Source: Crocinitomicaceae bacterium (GTDB taxonomy: Bacteria > Bacteroidota > Bacteroidia > Flavobacteriales_D > Crocinitomicaceae). From it: a stretch of 48,338 nucleotides of DNA. The position numbers and the translations under genes are program-made. Below are positions 30,136-40,755 of this stretch, in pieces. Position 1 is the stretch's first letter. Each line of letters starts with the position of its first letter. The stretch covers positions 1-48,338 of the forward strand of contig JBIIZO010000001.1 in assembly GCA_044346245.1 (NCBI GenBank). The letters are read 5' to 3'. The notes under the pieces were generated by a model. It was given only the letters and a program-made list of their open reading frames with translations. It was not told the origin of the DNA and ran no database searches.

Positions 30136-32514
30136 TTATTTTTTGTCAACCAAATGAAAGAAGCCGTGGCCGCTTACTTCTTGGTTGTTGAGACCGGCTC
30201 CGACATACTTGTAAAAGTATACACCTTCACTAGCAGGTTCTCCATTGATTTTACCGTCCCAAGCAGGGTTGTTATTGATGAGGTCAACAGACGTCACGTC
30301 CATCAAGACATTGCCCCAACGGTTCAAAATGATGAGCTGCAAGGAGATGACATTTTTAGTGTCTAGGTAGAAAGTTTCGTTGTTGTTGTCTGCGTTCGGG
30401 CTGAAAACGTTTGGCGCAATGACCTCAGGGCGGGCGTATTCACAGCTGCCGTCCTCGATGAGTGCGTTTGGATCGTAATTGAGCGCGAGTGGATCTGTAC
30501 AACCAGTTGGGTATACACAAGAACCATCGTTTACATTGGCAAGTGGGTTGTAGTTGGTGCCGAGCGGATCTGTACAACCGCAAACATTTACGGTGATGGT
30601 AAGTGATGCAACATCTGAACATTGTGGCCCTTGATTGGCGGTTAAAGTAACCGTATAAGTTCCGAAAGGCACATCGAATACATGATTTTGAGCACTGAGG
30701 TTGTTGCTGCTACCAGTTTGTCCGTCGCCAAAGTTCCAGCTGAAGGCACTAGCGTTCTGACTGGTGTTGGTGAACGTGACGCTGAGAGGCGCACAACCTT
30801 CAGTTACGTTTGCGCTGAATTCGGCAACTGGCGGGTCTAGCACATCGACAAATGCGCTGTCACTAACGGTACAAACGTTGTCTTCAATGGTAACATAGTA
30901 CCATCCGGAAGGAATATTTTGCCAAACAGATGCGTCGATAAAGCCATTTGGCCCTGGGCCTGACCAGTTATACTGCGGCACACCTTGCGTACCGGTAACT
31001 TGTACAGAAACATAACCAGATGGCACACAGGTGGAAGGCCCAACATATATAGTGTCTATGGCCAACGTTTGGTTCATTGTAACGGTAACGGTATCGGTTT
31101 GTGAGAAGTTACAGTTGTCTGTCGCGGTCACTAAATAGTATGCTGTACCATTCTGATTAATCCCCACTGATATGGAGTCGTTAGTGCCGATGTTGGCACC
31201 TGCTAAATTGACCCATGAATAGTCATATGGTGCATAGCCACCCGAGGCGTTAGCTGTGAGCCAAACGCTATCGGCAGCACAGTAAACCGTTGGGTTGTTG
31301 CCGGTAATATTGATGATAGGACCTTCACCAATATATATAGTTCCGCTGGAAGTTATGGTGTCTCCGCATGGGTTAATCAATTGTACGGTGATCACTACTG
31401 ATTCAAAGCCTTCATTGATTCCGTCTTGGGTAGGCGTGAGGTTAATGATAACGGTGTCTTCACCAGGCAAGAAGGTAATTGGATTCGGCAAAGTATTATA
31501 GTCAATGCCTTGCTGTGCGACCCCACCAATTGTGTAGTTAATGATGAGGGTATCGTCTAACTGTCCTGGAGGGCGGGTAAAGATAAAATCGGCGTAAGTA
31601 CAACCTTCAATAATTGTGGTGTCGCCAGATACAGTAGCAACAGCAACATCTACTGCAGAGGAACTGAATGAACCCGCTTCTAAGAAAACGCCAGAATCAA
31701 AAGATTGGTCACCTACGTTTGAAATAGCTAATTTGATATGGTATAATTGGTTACATTGTACACTTGCTGCTGCTGTAAGCAAAACGGTTGTGCCGTCATA
31801 TTGAATGGCATCGCCGTAGGTTAGTGTAGAGTTTGCCTCGTTGAACACATAATACTGGGTGTTGGAAGCGTCGCCAACGTTGTTAATGGTAACGGGAATA
31901 CCGCCAGGAATCGTTGCAATATTTGCGCCACCATTAGGATAGCTTGGCAACACATATGGGCCTGAAATGCCGGGCCCCCATAAAAACAAACCAAATGCGT
32001 CGTTGAAAGTAGATGGAGACCACTCAGGGTACTCTTCCGAACCAAACATGTAATTAAAGACAAGAGTGTCGCCGGACGGAATAAAATCGAATTCTAACAC
32101 AACACCGTTGGTCACTGTACCGGCAGCAATATCATTAAGATGCGGGTCAGTGCTGACAGATGATGTTGGAGGATTGTTGTTGGTCAAGTTCGTACTATTA
32201 TTTGGACCAACAGCAGCAGCGGCGTTACCCGTAGTTAAAACCAAGCCGTTGCTAATTGGAAACGCAGGGTTGGTATTGGTAAAATAACCTACATTTCCTT
32301 GAGCTGCATTGGCCAATGCCGGGTTGCCATTTATCGTGACATTAAAAGCCGTTACACCAAAACCAAGTAGTACGTTGTCTACTAATTGTTGGGGTGTTTG
32401 GGTGGTGGAAACGGCAATAGGCTGTGCGAGCAATGACCCTATTGAAAATAAAAAAACGAAGTGTAGTAAATGTTTCATAAGCGCAAGTTGTCGTTTAGAC
32501 GTCAATGTTGACAA
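30136..32514 (-). CDS. T9SS-secreted surface protein: choice-of-anchor-L N-domain, PKD domain, type-B (CHU_C) C-terminal sorting domain
   Basis: The N-domain reads QQLVDNVLLGFGV..VLEFDFIPSGDTLVFNYMFGSEEYPEW..FNDAFGLFLWG. The PKD motif reads CAPLSVTFTNTS..WNFGDG. The C-terminus reads APNVFSPNADNNNETFYL...WDGKINGEPASEGVYFYKY. Confidence 0.85.
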   Translation of the reverse strand: MSTLTSKRQLALMKHLLHFVFLFSIGSLLAQPIAVSTTQTPQQLVDNVLLGFGVTAFNVTINGNPALANAAQGNVGYFTNTNPAFPISNGLVLTTGNAAAAVGPNNSTNLTNNNPPTSSVSTDPHLNDIAAGTVTNGVVLEFDFIPSGDTLVFNYMFGSEEYPEWSPSTFNDAFGLFLWGPGISGPYVLPSYPNGGANIATIPGGIPVTINNVGDASNTQYYVFNEANSTLTYGDAIQYDGTTVLLTAAASVQCNQLYHIKLAISNVGDQSFDSGVFLEAGSFSSSAVDVAVATVSGDTTIIEGCTYADFIFTRPPGQLDDTLIINYTIGGVAQQGIDYNTLPNPITFLPGEDTVIINLTPTQDGINEGFESVVITVQLINPCGDTITSSGTIYIGEGPIINITGNNPTVYCAADSVWLTANASGGYAPYDYSWVNLAGANIGTNDSISVGINQNGTAYYLVTATDNCNFSQTDTVTVTMNQTLAIDTIYVGPSTCVPSGYVSVQVTGTQGVPQYNWSGPGPNGFIDASVWQNIPSGWYYVTIEDNVCTVSDSAFVDVLDPPVAEFSANVTEGCAPLSVTFTNTSQNASAFSWNFGDGQTGSSNNLSAQNHVFDVPFGTYTVTLTANQGPQCSDVASLTITVNVCGCTDPLGTNYNPLANVNDGSCVYPTGCTDPLALNYDPNALIEDGSCEYARPEVIAPNVFSPNADNNNETFYLDTKNVISLQLIILNRWGNVLMDVTSVDLINNNPAWDGKINGEPASEGVYFYKYVGAGLNNQEVSGHGFFHLVDKK

Positions 32515-32590
32515 AAAAGTTGCATAACAAAATTAATATAAACTACGACACAACAAAACACCGCGATTTTTCGCAACTTTGAGGTATAGA

Positions 32591-33979
32591 ATGATTATGG
32601 AAAAAACACAACAATTTATTCAAGCCAACAAGCAAAAATTTGTCGATGAATTATTTGCGCTTTTAAGAATCCCCTCTGTATCTGCAGACCTTAATTATCA
32701 AGGTGATGTAGCTGCTTGTGCAGCGCATTTAGCTACGCATCTCCAGCAAATCGGGCTCGATGCGGTGGAGGTGATCAGCACGGCAGGGCATCCAATTGTC
32801 TATGCCGAAAAAATAATTGACCCGAAGCTGCCAACCGTTTTAGTTTACGGACATTATGACGTCCAGCCAGCAGATCCGCTCGAGCTCTGGCATAGCCCAG
32901 CTTTCGAGCCCGTGATCAAAACCACACCGATTCATCCCGAAGGCGCCATTTTTGCTCGCGGAGCGTGCGACGACAAAGGTCAGTTTTTTATGCACGTTAA
33001 GGCTGTTGAGGCCATGTTACAAGCGCAAGAATTGCCTTGTAATGTCAAACTTATGATAGAAGGCGAAGAAGAAGTGGGCAGCCCCAATCTCGCTATTTTT
33101 GTGAGCGAAAATAAAGCCAAACTCAAGGCGGATATTATTTTAGTCTCAGATACCGGCATGCTCTCCAACGACACGCCCTCTGTTACTACAGGTCTGCGCG
33201 GCTTGAGTTACGTAGAAGTGGAAGTAACGGGCCCTAAAAGAGATTTACACTCAGGTCTTTATGGTGGTTGTGTAGCCAACCCGATCAATATCCTTACGCA
33301 AATGATCGCCAGTTTACATGACCAAAACATGCGCATCACCGTTCCAGGTTTTTACGACAAAGTAGTAGATCTCTCTGATGAAGACCGCGCAGAAATGGCC
33401 AAAGCACCATTTTCTGAACAAGCTTATTGCGCTGCGCTCGACATCGCCTCCACACACGGCGAAGCCGGCTACAGCACCATGGAGCGAGGCTCTATTCGTC
33501 CTACGCTAGATGTGAATGGCATTTGGGGTGGCTATATTGGCGAAGGTGCCAAAACCGTTATTGCATCAAAAGCTTTTGCTAAAATATCAATGCGCTTAGT
33601 CCCGGACCAAGATCCAGAAGAAATCACGGCATTGTTTCAGACACATTTTGAAAAAATAGCCCCGGCAAGTGTGCGTGTCAAAGTAACGCCGCACCATGGT
33701 GGCCAGCCAGTTGTGACGCCAACAGACTCACCAGCCTATGCAGCAGCGAGCCAAGCTTATGAAACAACATTTGGTAAGAAACCAATTCCTGTCCGCAGCG
33801 GTGGTAGTATTCCAATTATTGCCATGTTTGAACAAGAATTGGGTCTGAAAACGATTTTAATGGGCTTTGGTTTGGATAGCGATGCCATTCATAGCCCCAA
33901 CGAGCATTACGGTTTGTTTAATTTCTATAAAGGAATAGAGACCATTCCTTATTTTTTCAAAAATTTCAGTCAAATCTAA
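32591..33979 (+). CDS. M20-family dipeptidase
   Basis: LLRIPSVSAD, YGHYDVQP, GACDDKG and EGEEEVGS blocks. The track start at 32579 is a TTG. ATG 32591 or 32597 is more likely. Confidence 0.85.
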   Translation: MIMEKTQQFIQANKQKFVDELFALLRIPSVSADLNYQGDVAACAAHLATHLQQIGLDAVEVISTAGHPIVYAEKIIDPKLPTVLVYGHYDVQPADPLELWHSPAFEPVIKTTPIHPEGAIFARGACDDKGQFFMHVKAVEAMLQAQELPCNVKLMIEGEEEVGSPNLAIFVSENKAKLKADIILVSDTGMLSNDTPSVTTGLRGLSYVEVEVTGPKRDLHSGLYGGCVANPINILTQMIASLHDQNMRITVPGFYDKVVDLSDEDRAEMAKAPFSEQAYCAALDIASTHGEAGYSTMERGSIRPTLDVNGIWGGYIGEGAKTVIASKAFAKISMRLVPDQDPEEITALFQTHFEKIAPASVRVKVTPHHGGQPVVTPTDSPAYAAASQAYETTFGKKPIPVRSGGSIPIIAMFEQELGLKTILMGFGLDSDAIHSPNEHYGLFNFYKGIETIPYFFKNFSQI

Positions 33980-33981
33980 GC

Positions 33982-34452
33982 ATGAAACAGCTCTTTGTAT
34001 TTGCATTATTATGCACCTTGGTTGCTTGTAAAAGCTTGGATGAACCTATCGAAATGATGAGTTTTGACGGCACAGAAATGGAACAATTCAGCGGCCAACT
34101 GATCAAGTGCAAAGCTGGTTTTCATGTCCAAAATAATTTGTGGGTTCCAGTCAAAATGAAGCCGGGTAGTTTTGAACTTTTTATCGATCAGCAAAAAGTG
34201 GGCAACTTATACATAGATGAGCCTGTTAAACTAAAGGCGCATCGAGAAGCTGTTCTTAAAGTACCGCTGCGCGTGATTCCAGAGCCTGGCTTCATGACAA
34301 CAGCCTACAAAGCCACTAAAAAAGCCACAATTCAAGTCAAAATCAGCGGCTATCCTTCTGTTGGCGTCTTCTTTTTGTACAAAACACTTCCGGTCTCTAA
34401 AGAAACACAAATAGAGCCCGCTCAGTTTATACCTTACTTCCCTTCTTTCTGA
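33982..34452 (+). CDS. Lipoprotein, function unknown
   Basis: Lipobox LVAC. 156 aa. The stop overlaps the polA start (TGATG). Confidence 0.6.
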   Translation: MKQLFVFALLCTLVACKSLDEPIEMMSFDGTEMEQFSGQLIKCKAGFHVQNNLWVPVKMKPGSFELFIDQQKVGNLYIDEPVKLKAHREAVLKVPLRVIPEPGFMTTAYKATKKATIQVKISGYPSVGVFFLYKTLPVSKETQIEPAQFIPYFPSF

Positions 34453-37259
34453 TGCTGACACCCGCCGCACCCAAAAAACTATTTTTACTCGATGCCTATG
34501 CACTCATTTATAGAGCGTATTTTGCATTTGCCAAAAATCCACGTGTCAATTCAAAAGGCGAAAACACTTCTGCGGCATTTGGTTTTACCAATGTACTGAT
34601 AGACATCCTCAAAACAGAGCAACCCACGCACATTGCGGTGGTGTTTGACCCCCCTGGTGGCTCGACGCAGCGCCAAGAGGAATACGTCGAATACAAAGCG
34701 CAGCGCGAACAAATGCCCGAAGACATCCGCTCGATGATTCAGCCGATCAAGCAAATCGTTCAGGCATTTAATATTCCCATTTTAGAAGTTGCGGGTTTTG
34801 AAGCCGATGACGTCATTGGAACAATTGCCAAATTGGCAGAGCCAAGAGGCTTCATCACTTACATGATGACCCCCGACAAAGACTACGCGCAACTTGTGAG
34901 CCCCCAAACTTTCATGTACAAGCCCGGTAGAGGCGGAAACCCAGCAGAAATCATGGGCGTAAAGGAAGTATGCGAAAAGTTTGAAATCAGCAATCCGGCA
35001 CAAGTAATTGACATCTTAGGTTTGTGGGGCGATGCTTCTGATAACATTCCAGGTATTCCAGGTATTGGCGAAAAAACCGCTAAGGTATTAGTAGCTAAAT
35101 ATGGTTCCATGGAAGGTTTATTTGCCCATGTGCACGAGCTCAAAGGCAAGCAAAAAGAAAACGTAGAGAATTTTCAGCAGCAAGGACTGATGTCGAAGTC
35201 GTTGGCGACGATCATCCGCGACGTACCAGTTGAGTTCGATGAAAAGGACTTAGAAATCTGCCCCGTAAATGCCGAGGCCATCAAAGAGATTTTTACGGAG
35301 CTCGAATTTAGAACGCTGGCCAAGCGCGTGATCGGCGAAGAAATTGTGGTCACACAAGCGCCGGCGTCAAAAGAAGAAGCCCAGCTCGATTTATTTGGCA
35401 TGCAAAGTATGCTCGAACCACAAGAAGCCGCACCAACAGCTAATTATAAAACTATTGCCACAGAAAAGCCGAGTTATCACCTGATCACTTCTGCCGAGGA
35501 ACGCAAAGAATTGCTCGCGCTCTTGCTTGTACAAAGCGAGGTTTGCTTTGATACCGAAACAACATCAATAGATGCACTGCATGCCGACTTAGTTGGCTTC
35601 TCCTTTTCTTACAAAGCACGCGAAGCATTTTACGTGGCGGTACCCAACGATTTTGAAGGCGCAAAAGCAATTCTTCATGAATTTGCGCTGGTTTTTGAAG
35701 ACATCTCCATTGAGAAGATCGCTCACAACCTCAAATATGACTTGAAGGTCTTGCACCGTTACGGCATAACGCTCAAGGGCCCGCTTTTTGACACCATGAT
35801 TGCCCAATACCTCATCAATCCGGAGTCTAAGCAAGGCATGGATTTTCTAGCCACATATTACCTCAATTACCAGCCCGTTTCTATCGAATCGCTGCTCGGC
35901 AAAAAAGGCAAGAACCAAGGCAACATGGCCGACCTGAGCCCAGCACAAATCAAAGACTATGCTTGCGAAGATGCCGACATCACTTTTCAACTCAAGAAAC
36001 TACTCGAGCCCGAAATCGAAAAACCACACTTACACCATTTGTTCTACGATGTAGAAATGCCGCTTGTAACCGTTCTCAAGGACATCGAACAAGAAGGTAT
36101 TGCCATCGATACAGCGGCACTTCATGCGTTTTCAAAAGAGCTCGACGAACGCCTTATTGAGCTCGACCAACAAATTAAAGACCTCGCAGGTGAGCCCTTT
36201 AATATCGACTCTCCCAAACAACTCGGCGAAATCCTTTTTGAAAAACTGCAAATTTCTAGCAAGGCTAAAAAGACCAAAACCGGTCAGTACGCCACCTCGG
36301 AAGACGTCCTTCAAAAACACGAAAACGACCACCCGATAATTGGTCATATTTTAGAATACCGCCAATTGCGCAAGCTCAAGAGCACTTATGTAGATCCGCT
36401 CCCAACGCTTTGCGATCCTATTGATGGTCGTATCCACACGAACTTCATGCAAACCGTTACGGCAACTGGGCGCTTGAGTTCGAACAACCCCAATTTGCAG
36501 AATATTCCAGTGCGCTCTGCCAAAGGCCGAGAAATTCGCCGCGCTTTTGTTGCCCGCTCGGCAGATTTTCAGCTCATGGCGGTAGACTACTCGCAAATCG
36601 AATTGCGCATTATTGCCGCGCTTTCCGGCGACCCGAACATGATCAGTGCTTTCAAGAGCGGACACGATATTCACGCAGCTACTGCCGCTCAGGTTTTTCA
36701 TACACCTTTAACTGAGGTCACAAGAGAACAGCGCAGCGCAGCCAAGGCGGTCAATTTCGGTATTATATATGGCCAATCTGCTTTTGGCTTGGCCCAAAAT
36801 CTACAAATTTCGCGTACCGAAGCCAAGGGCATCATCGACGCTTATTTTGAACAATACGGCACCATTAAAACCTACATGGATAAAGTCATTGCGCAAGCAA
36901 GAGAATTAGGCTATGTAGAAACCATCTTGAAACGCCGCCGTTATTTGCCAGACATTCATTCTGCCAATGCGGTCGTGCGCGGTTTTGCCGAGCGCAATGC
37001 CATTAATGCACCTATTCAAGGTTCGGCTGCAGATATCATCAAGTTGGCCATGGTAGCTGTACACAAAGCCATGAGCAAGGAAAACCTACAATCAAAAATG
37101 ATTTTGCAAGTACACGATGAACTTGTATTTGATGTCCATAAGGATGAAATCGAACAAATGCAGCAACTCGTCAAAAAAGCGATGGAAGAAGCCGTGGACA
37201 TGGAAGTACCGATGGAGGTCGAAATGAAAACAGCGCCTAATTGGCTTGAGGCACACTAA
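34452..37259 (+). CDS. polA: DNA polymerase I
   Basis: 5'-nuclease N-domain, motif A DYSQIELR, motif B RSAAKAVNFGIIYG, motif C QVHDELVF. 935 aa. Confidence 0.95.
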   Translation: MLTPAAPKKLFLLDAYALIYRAYFAFAKNPRVNSKGENTSAAFGFTNVLIDILKTEQPTHIAVVFDPPGGSTQRQEEYVEYKAQREQMPEDIRSMIQPIKQIVQAFNIPILEVAGFEADDVIGTIAKLAEPRGFITYMMTPDKDYAQLVSPQTFMYKPGRGGNPAEIMGVKEVCEKFEISNPAQVIDILGLWGDASDNIPGIPGIGEKTAKVLVAKYGSMEGLFAHVHELKGKQKENVENFQQQGLMSKSLATIIRDVPVEFDEKDLEICPVNAEAIKEIFTELEFRTLAKRVIGEEIVVTQAPASKEEAQLDLFGMQSMLEPQEAAPTANYKTIATEKPSYHLITSAEERKELLALLLVQSEVCFDTETTSIDALHADLVGFSFSYKAREAFYVAVPNDFEGAKAILHEFALVFEDISIEKIAHNLKYDLKVLHRYGITLKGPLFDTMIAQYLINPESKQGMDFLATYYLNYQPVSIESLLGKKGKNQGNMADLSPAQIKDYACEDADITFQLKKLLEPEIEKPHLHHLFYDVEMPLVTVLKDIEQEGIAIDTAALHAFSKELDERLIELDQQIKDLAGEPFNIDSPKQLGEILFEKLQISSKAKKTKTGQYATSEDVLQKHENDHPIIGHILEYRQLRKLKSTYVDPLPTLCDPIDGRIHTNFMQTVTATGRLSSNNPNLQNIPVRSAKGREIRRAFVARSADFQLMAVDYSQIELRIIAALSGDPNMISAFKSGHDIHAATAAQVFHTPLTEVTREQRSAAKAVNFGIIYGQSAFGLAQNLQISRTEAKGIIDAYFEQYGTIKTYMDKVIAQARELGYVETILKRRRYLPDIHSANAVVRGFAERNAINAPIQGSAADIIKLAMVAVHKAMSKENLQSKMILQVHDELVFDVHKDEIEQMQQLVKKAMEEAVDMEVPMEVEMKTAPNWLEAH

Positions 37260-37296
37260 TAAACTTAAGGTATCTTTGTAACTCTTAATAGACAAA

Positions 37297-38700
37297 ATGG
37301 AAATTCTCATTAAAGCAGCTCAGCTCATTACTTCTCTAGCGATCCTCGTGACGCTTCACGAATTCGGTCATTTTATACCAGCCAAATTATTCAAGACCCG
37401 TGTCGAGAAATTTTATCTTTTTTTCAATCCGTATTTTTCTTTTTTCCGATGGAAACGCGTGAATGGCGTGAAGAAAAAATCTTGGTTCAGTAAGTCTTCG
37501 CCAAGCGAGTGGTCCGAAGACCCAGATACCACAGAGTGGGGGATTGGTTGGGTTCCGCTCGGAGGTTATGTTAAAATAGCCGGCATGATCGACGAATCAA
37601 TGGACACCGAACAACTCAAAAACGAACCACAACCTTGGGAGTTCAGAAGTAAAAAACCTTGGCAGCGCCTGATCATCATGATCGGTGGTGTTACCGTCAA
37701 TCTTGTATTGGGATTCATCATTTACATTGGCGTTGTTTTTACATGGGGCCAATTAACGCTCGACCAAAACAAGTTGAAAGAAGGCTTGGGTGTACATCCT
37801 TACATGGCTAAATACGGCATTTATTCTGGCGACGTCATCTTAGACATAGAAGGTAAGAAACCCCTCAATTTAGATGATATCAATAAAGAAATTTTATTGC
37901 GTGGTGCGCACAAGATTACCGTTCAACATCAAGATGGCACCATTGCTCATCTCACCCTTCCTTCGGATATCGACAGCAAATTATTTCAAGCAGGCGCCTT
38001 ACCTGCATTCACCTTGCGCTCCAATTCGCTCAAAGTGGCAGAGGTGAGTAAAGATTCTCCAGCACTGCGCGCGGGGCTCAAAGCGAAAGACCACGTTTAC
38101 GAAGTCAATGGAAAAGTCATTCGCTATTATGACGAGTTTCAAGCGGAGCTTTTTGCACACAAGAATGAGAAAGTGGCTATTAAGGTGGCCAGAAAAGGAG
38201 ATTCAAAAGACACGGTGACACTTGATGTTAAAGTGAAGTCGAACGGAACAATCGGCATCATGGCCAATTCAGAGTACATCGACCAAAAAGCGATTGCTGA
38301 GAAAAAATATGGCTTTGCACAGAGCGTAAGCATCGGGATGGGTTACGGCTACAATACCTTATCTGACTACGTGAGCCAATTCAAGTTTGTCTTTACCAAA
38401 AAAGGCGCGACGCAAATTGGCGGCTTTGCTTCTATTGGCAATATGTTCCCGCCACTTTGGGACTGGCATACTTTCTGGCTCACTACCGCCTTGTTGTCTA
38501 TTATTTTGGCCTTCATGAATATTTTACCGATTCCGGCACTCGATGGCGGCCATGTTGTTTTTCTTTTATATGAAATGATCACTGGTAAAGAAGCGCCTCA
38601 AAAAGTATTGGAGGTCGCGCAGTATATCGGTATTTTCTTATTGCTGTCATTGATGATCTACGCCAATGGCGCCGACTTAGTCCGTTGGTTAATCAAATAA
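37297..38700 (+). CDS. rseP: RIP metalloprotease RseP (site-2 protease)
   Basis: HEFGH zinc motif, PDZ region, and NILPIPALDGG motif. Confidence 0.9.
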   Translation: MEILIKAAQLITSLAILVTLHEFGHFIPAKLFKTRVEKFYLFFNPYFSFFRWKRVNGVKKKSWFSKSSPSEWSEDPDTTEWGIGWVPLGGYVKIAGMIDESMDTEQLKNEPQPWEFRSKKPWQRLIIMIGGVTVNLVLGFIIYIGVVFTWGQLTLDQNKLKEGLGVHPYMAKYGIYSGDVILDIEGKKPLNLDDINKEILLRGAHKITVQHQDGTIAHLTLPSDIDSKLFQAGALPAFTLRSNSLKVAEVSKDSPALRAGLKAKDHVYEVNGKVIRYYDEFQAELFAHKNEKVAIKVARKGDSKDTVTLDVKVKSNGTIGIMANSEYIDQKAIAEKKYGFAQSVSIGMGYGYNTLSDYVSQFKFVFTKKGATQIGGFASIGNMFPPLWDWHTFWLTTALLSIILAFMNILPIPALDGGHVVFLLYEMITGKEAPQKVLEVAQYIGIFLLLSLMIYANGADLVRWLIK

Positions 38701-38706
38701 TTTGCT

Positions 38707-40752
38707 ATGCAACGTTTTCAAAATTATGTTCTCGGACAATGGCTAGATGGCCAAGGAGAAGAAACCACTTTGTTCAATGCACTAACCGGTGTGCAAATTG
38801 GAGCAGTTTCAAGTGCGGGCCTTGACTTTGCCGAGGTACTGACCTACGCCAGACAAAAAGGCTACGCGCTGCGCAAAATGACTTTTCAAGAGCGCGGCCG
38901 CATGCTCAAGGCCTTGGCATTGTTTTTAATGGAGCGCAAAGCGAAGTATTATGAGATTTCAGCGCTCACTGGCGCAACGAAAGTTGATTCCTGGATAGAC
39001 ATCGAAGGCGGTATTGGCAACTTATTCGCAAACGCGAGTTTGCGCCGTCAATTTCCGGATCTTCCTTATTATGTAGATGGTGCTGCAGCGCCGCTCTCCA
39101 AAAACGGGACCTTCATAGGTCATCACATTATGGTCCCAAAAGAGGGTGTTGCTGTACACATCAATGCTTTCAATTTCCCAATTTGGGGGATGCTCGAAAA
39201 AATCGCAGTCAACTTTATGGCGGGTGTACCAGCGGTGGTGAAGCCTTCGGAATACACTTGTTTCTTGACTGAAGTCATGGTGCGCGACATCATCGATTCT
39301 AACATATTGCCAGAAGGAGCTTTGCAACTCATATGCGGCCTTGGGCGCGGCATTTTGGATAGCGTAGACGCAAGAGATGTCGTTACTTTTACCGGAAGTG
39401 CTGCAACTGGAAAGTTGCTCAAAGGCTTGCCGCGCATTTCTGAACAAAGCGTGAGCTTTAATTTAGAGGCAGACTCCCTCAACGCTACTGTACTTGGGCA
39501 AGCTGCTGTTCCGGGCACCGAAGAATTTGATTTATTCGTGAAAGAATGCGTCAAAGAAATGACGATCAAAGCAGGCCAAAAATGTACGGCTGTTCGCCGC
39601 ATTATTGTTCCTGAAAACCTATTAGATGAGGTGCAAGGTGCAATTGCTGCACGCTTAGCTACCACCAAAATAGGAGACCCCGCAACTGAAGGCGTTAGAA
39701 TGGGTGCGCTGGCTACCAAATTACAAGTAGAAAGAGTGCGCGCTAACGTTGACTTGCTCGCACAATCCCAGCAAATGGTCTTCGGGAATTTAGACAATTT
39801 TGAAGTAATAGGCGCCAGCAAAGAAGCGGGTGCATTTTTTCCGCCTGTATTGTTCCGCAATGAAAATCCATTCACTGCAACAGCTGTCCACGAAATCGAA
39901 GCATTTGGCCCTGTGGCCACTATTATGCCTTACAAAGACATGGAAGCTGCCATTGAACTAGCCAAAATGGGCAAGGGCTCGTTGGTTTCTTCAATTGTGA
40001 CGCCAAGTAATACAGAAGCAGTTGAATACGTAGTGGGAGCTGCTAGTATGCATGGCCGCATCCTCGTTCTCAATAAAGATTGCGCCAAAGAAAGCACAGG
40101 CCATGGTTCGCCAATGCCTTTACTTACCCACGGCGGTCCAGGAAGAGCTGGTGGCGGCGAAGAAATGGGTGGAAAACGTGGCGTACTGCATTATTTACAA
40201 CGCACCGCTATCCAAGGTCACCCGAGCACCATTACGGCCATTACCCAGCAGTTTCAGGTGGGTTCAGCCATGCCAGAAGCACAACCACACGTGTTTAGAA
40301 AGCACTTTGAAGAGTTGGTTGTTGGGGAAACTGTCTTTACCCATAAGCATACGGTAACCGATGCCGATATCGTCAATTTTGCGAATGTTTCCGGCGACAA
40401 CTTCTATGCCCACATGGACGCCACTTCACTTGAAGGAACCATTTTTGAGCGCCGTGTAGCGCATGGTTATTTTATTTTGTCAAAGGCAGCTGGTTTGTTC
40501 GTAGACCCTAAGAAGGGCCCTGTTTTATTGAACTACGGAATTGAAGAAGCACGTTTTACCAAGCCTGTTTATCCGGGCGCTACAATTGGTGTACGTTTTA
40601 CAGTCAAAGAAAAGATAGATCAAGAGAAGCGTTCAGAAGAGGACATCGCAAAAGGTATCGTGAAGTTTTTAGTAGATGTCTATGACGAAACTGGAGAAAC
40701 CGTTGCTTTAGCTACCATCCTTACGATGGTCAAGAAGCTTACTGACGCCTAA
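38707..40752 (+). CDS. paaZ: PaaZ-like bifunctional aldehyde dehydrogenase / MaoC-type hydratase
   Basis: 681 aa. The N-terminal ALDH fold has a catalytic region KAGQKCTAVRR. The C-terminal hot-dog domain reads VNFANVSGDNFYAHMD. Confidence 0.8.
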   Translation: MQRFQNYVLGQWLDGQGEETTLFNALTGVQIGAVSSAGLDFAEVLTYARQKGYALRKMTFQERGRMLKALALFLMERKAKYYEISALTGATKVDSWIDIEGGIGNLFANASLRRQFPDLPYYVDGAAAPLSKNGTFIGHHIMVPKEGVAVHINAFNFPIWGMLEKIAVNFMAGVPAVVKPSEYTCFLTEVMVRDIIDSNILPEGALQLICGLGRGILDSVDARDVVTFTGSAATGKLLKGLPRISEQSVSFNLEADSLNATVLGQAAVPGTEEFDLFVKECVKEMTIKAGQKCTAVRRIIVPENLLDEVQGAIAARLATTKIGDPATEGVRMGALATKLQVERVRANVDLLAQSQQMVFGNLDNFEVIGASKEAGAFFPPVLFRNENPFTATAVHEIEAFGPVATIMPYKDMEAAIELAKMGKGSLVSSIVTPSNTEAVEYVVGAASMHGRILVLNKDCAKESTGHGSPMPLLTHGGPGRAGGGEEMGGKRGVLHYLQRTAIQGHPSTITAITQQFQVGSAMPEAQPHVFRKHFEELVVGETVFTHKHTVTDADIVNFANVSGDNFYAHMDATSLEGTIFERRVAHGYFILSKAAGLFVDPKKGPVLLNYGIEEARFTKPVYPGATIGVRFTVKEKIDQEKRSEEDIAKGIVKFLVDVYDETGETVALATILTMVKKLTDA

Positions 40753-40755
40753 GTT

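Noticed and set aside
38707-40752. paaZ without other paa genes, and likewise a family-5 SBP (28384-30075) without a permease or ATPase and a TDO gene without other kynurenine-pathway genes.
   Set aside because: Scattered single pathway genes are usual in Bacteroidota genomes. Nothing in the sequence itself is anomalous, so these are not reported as findings.
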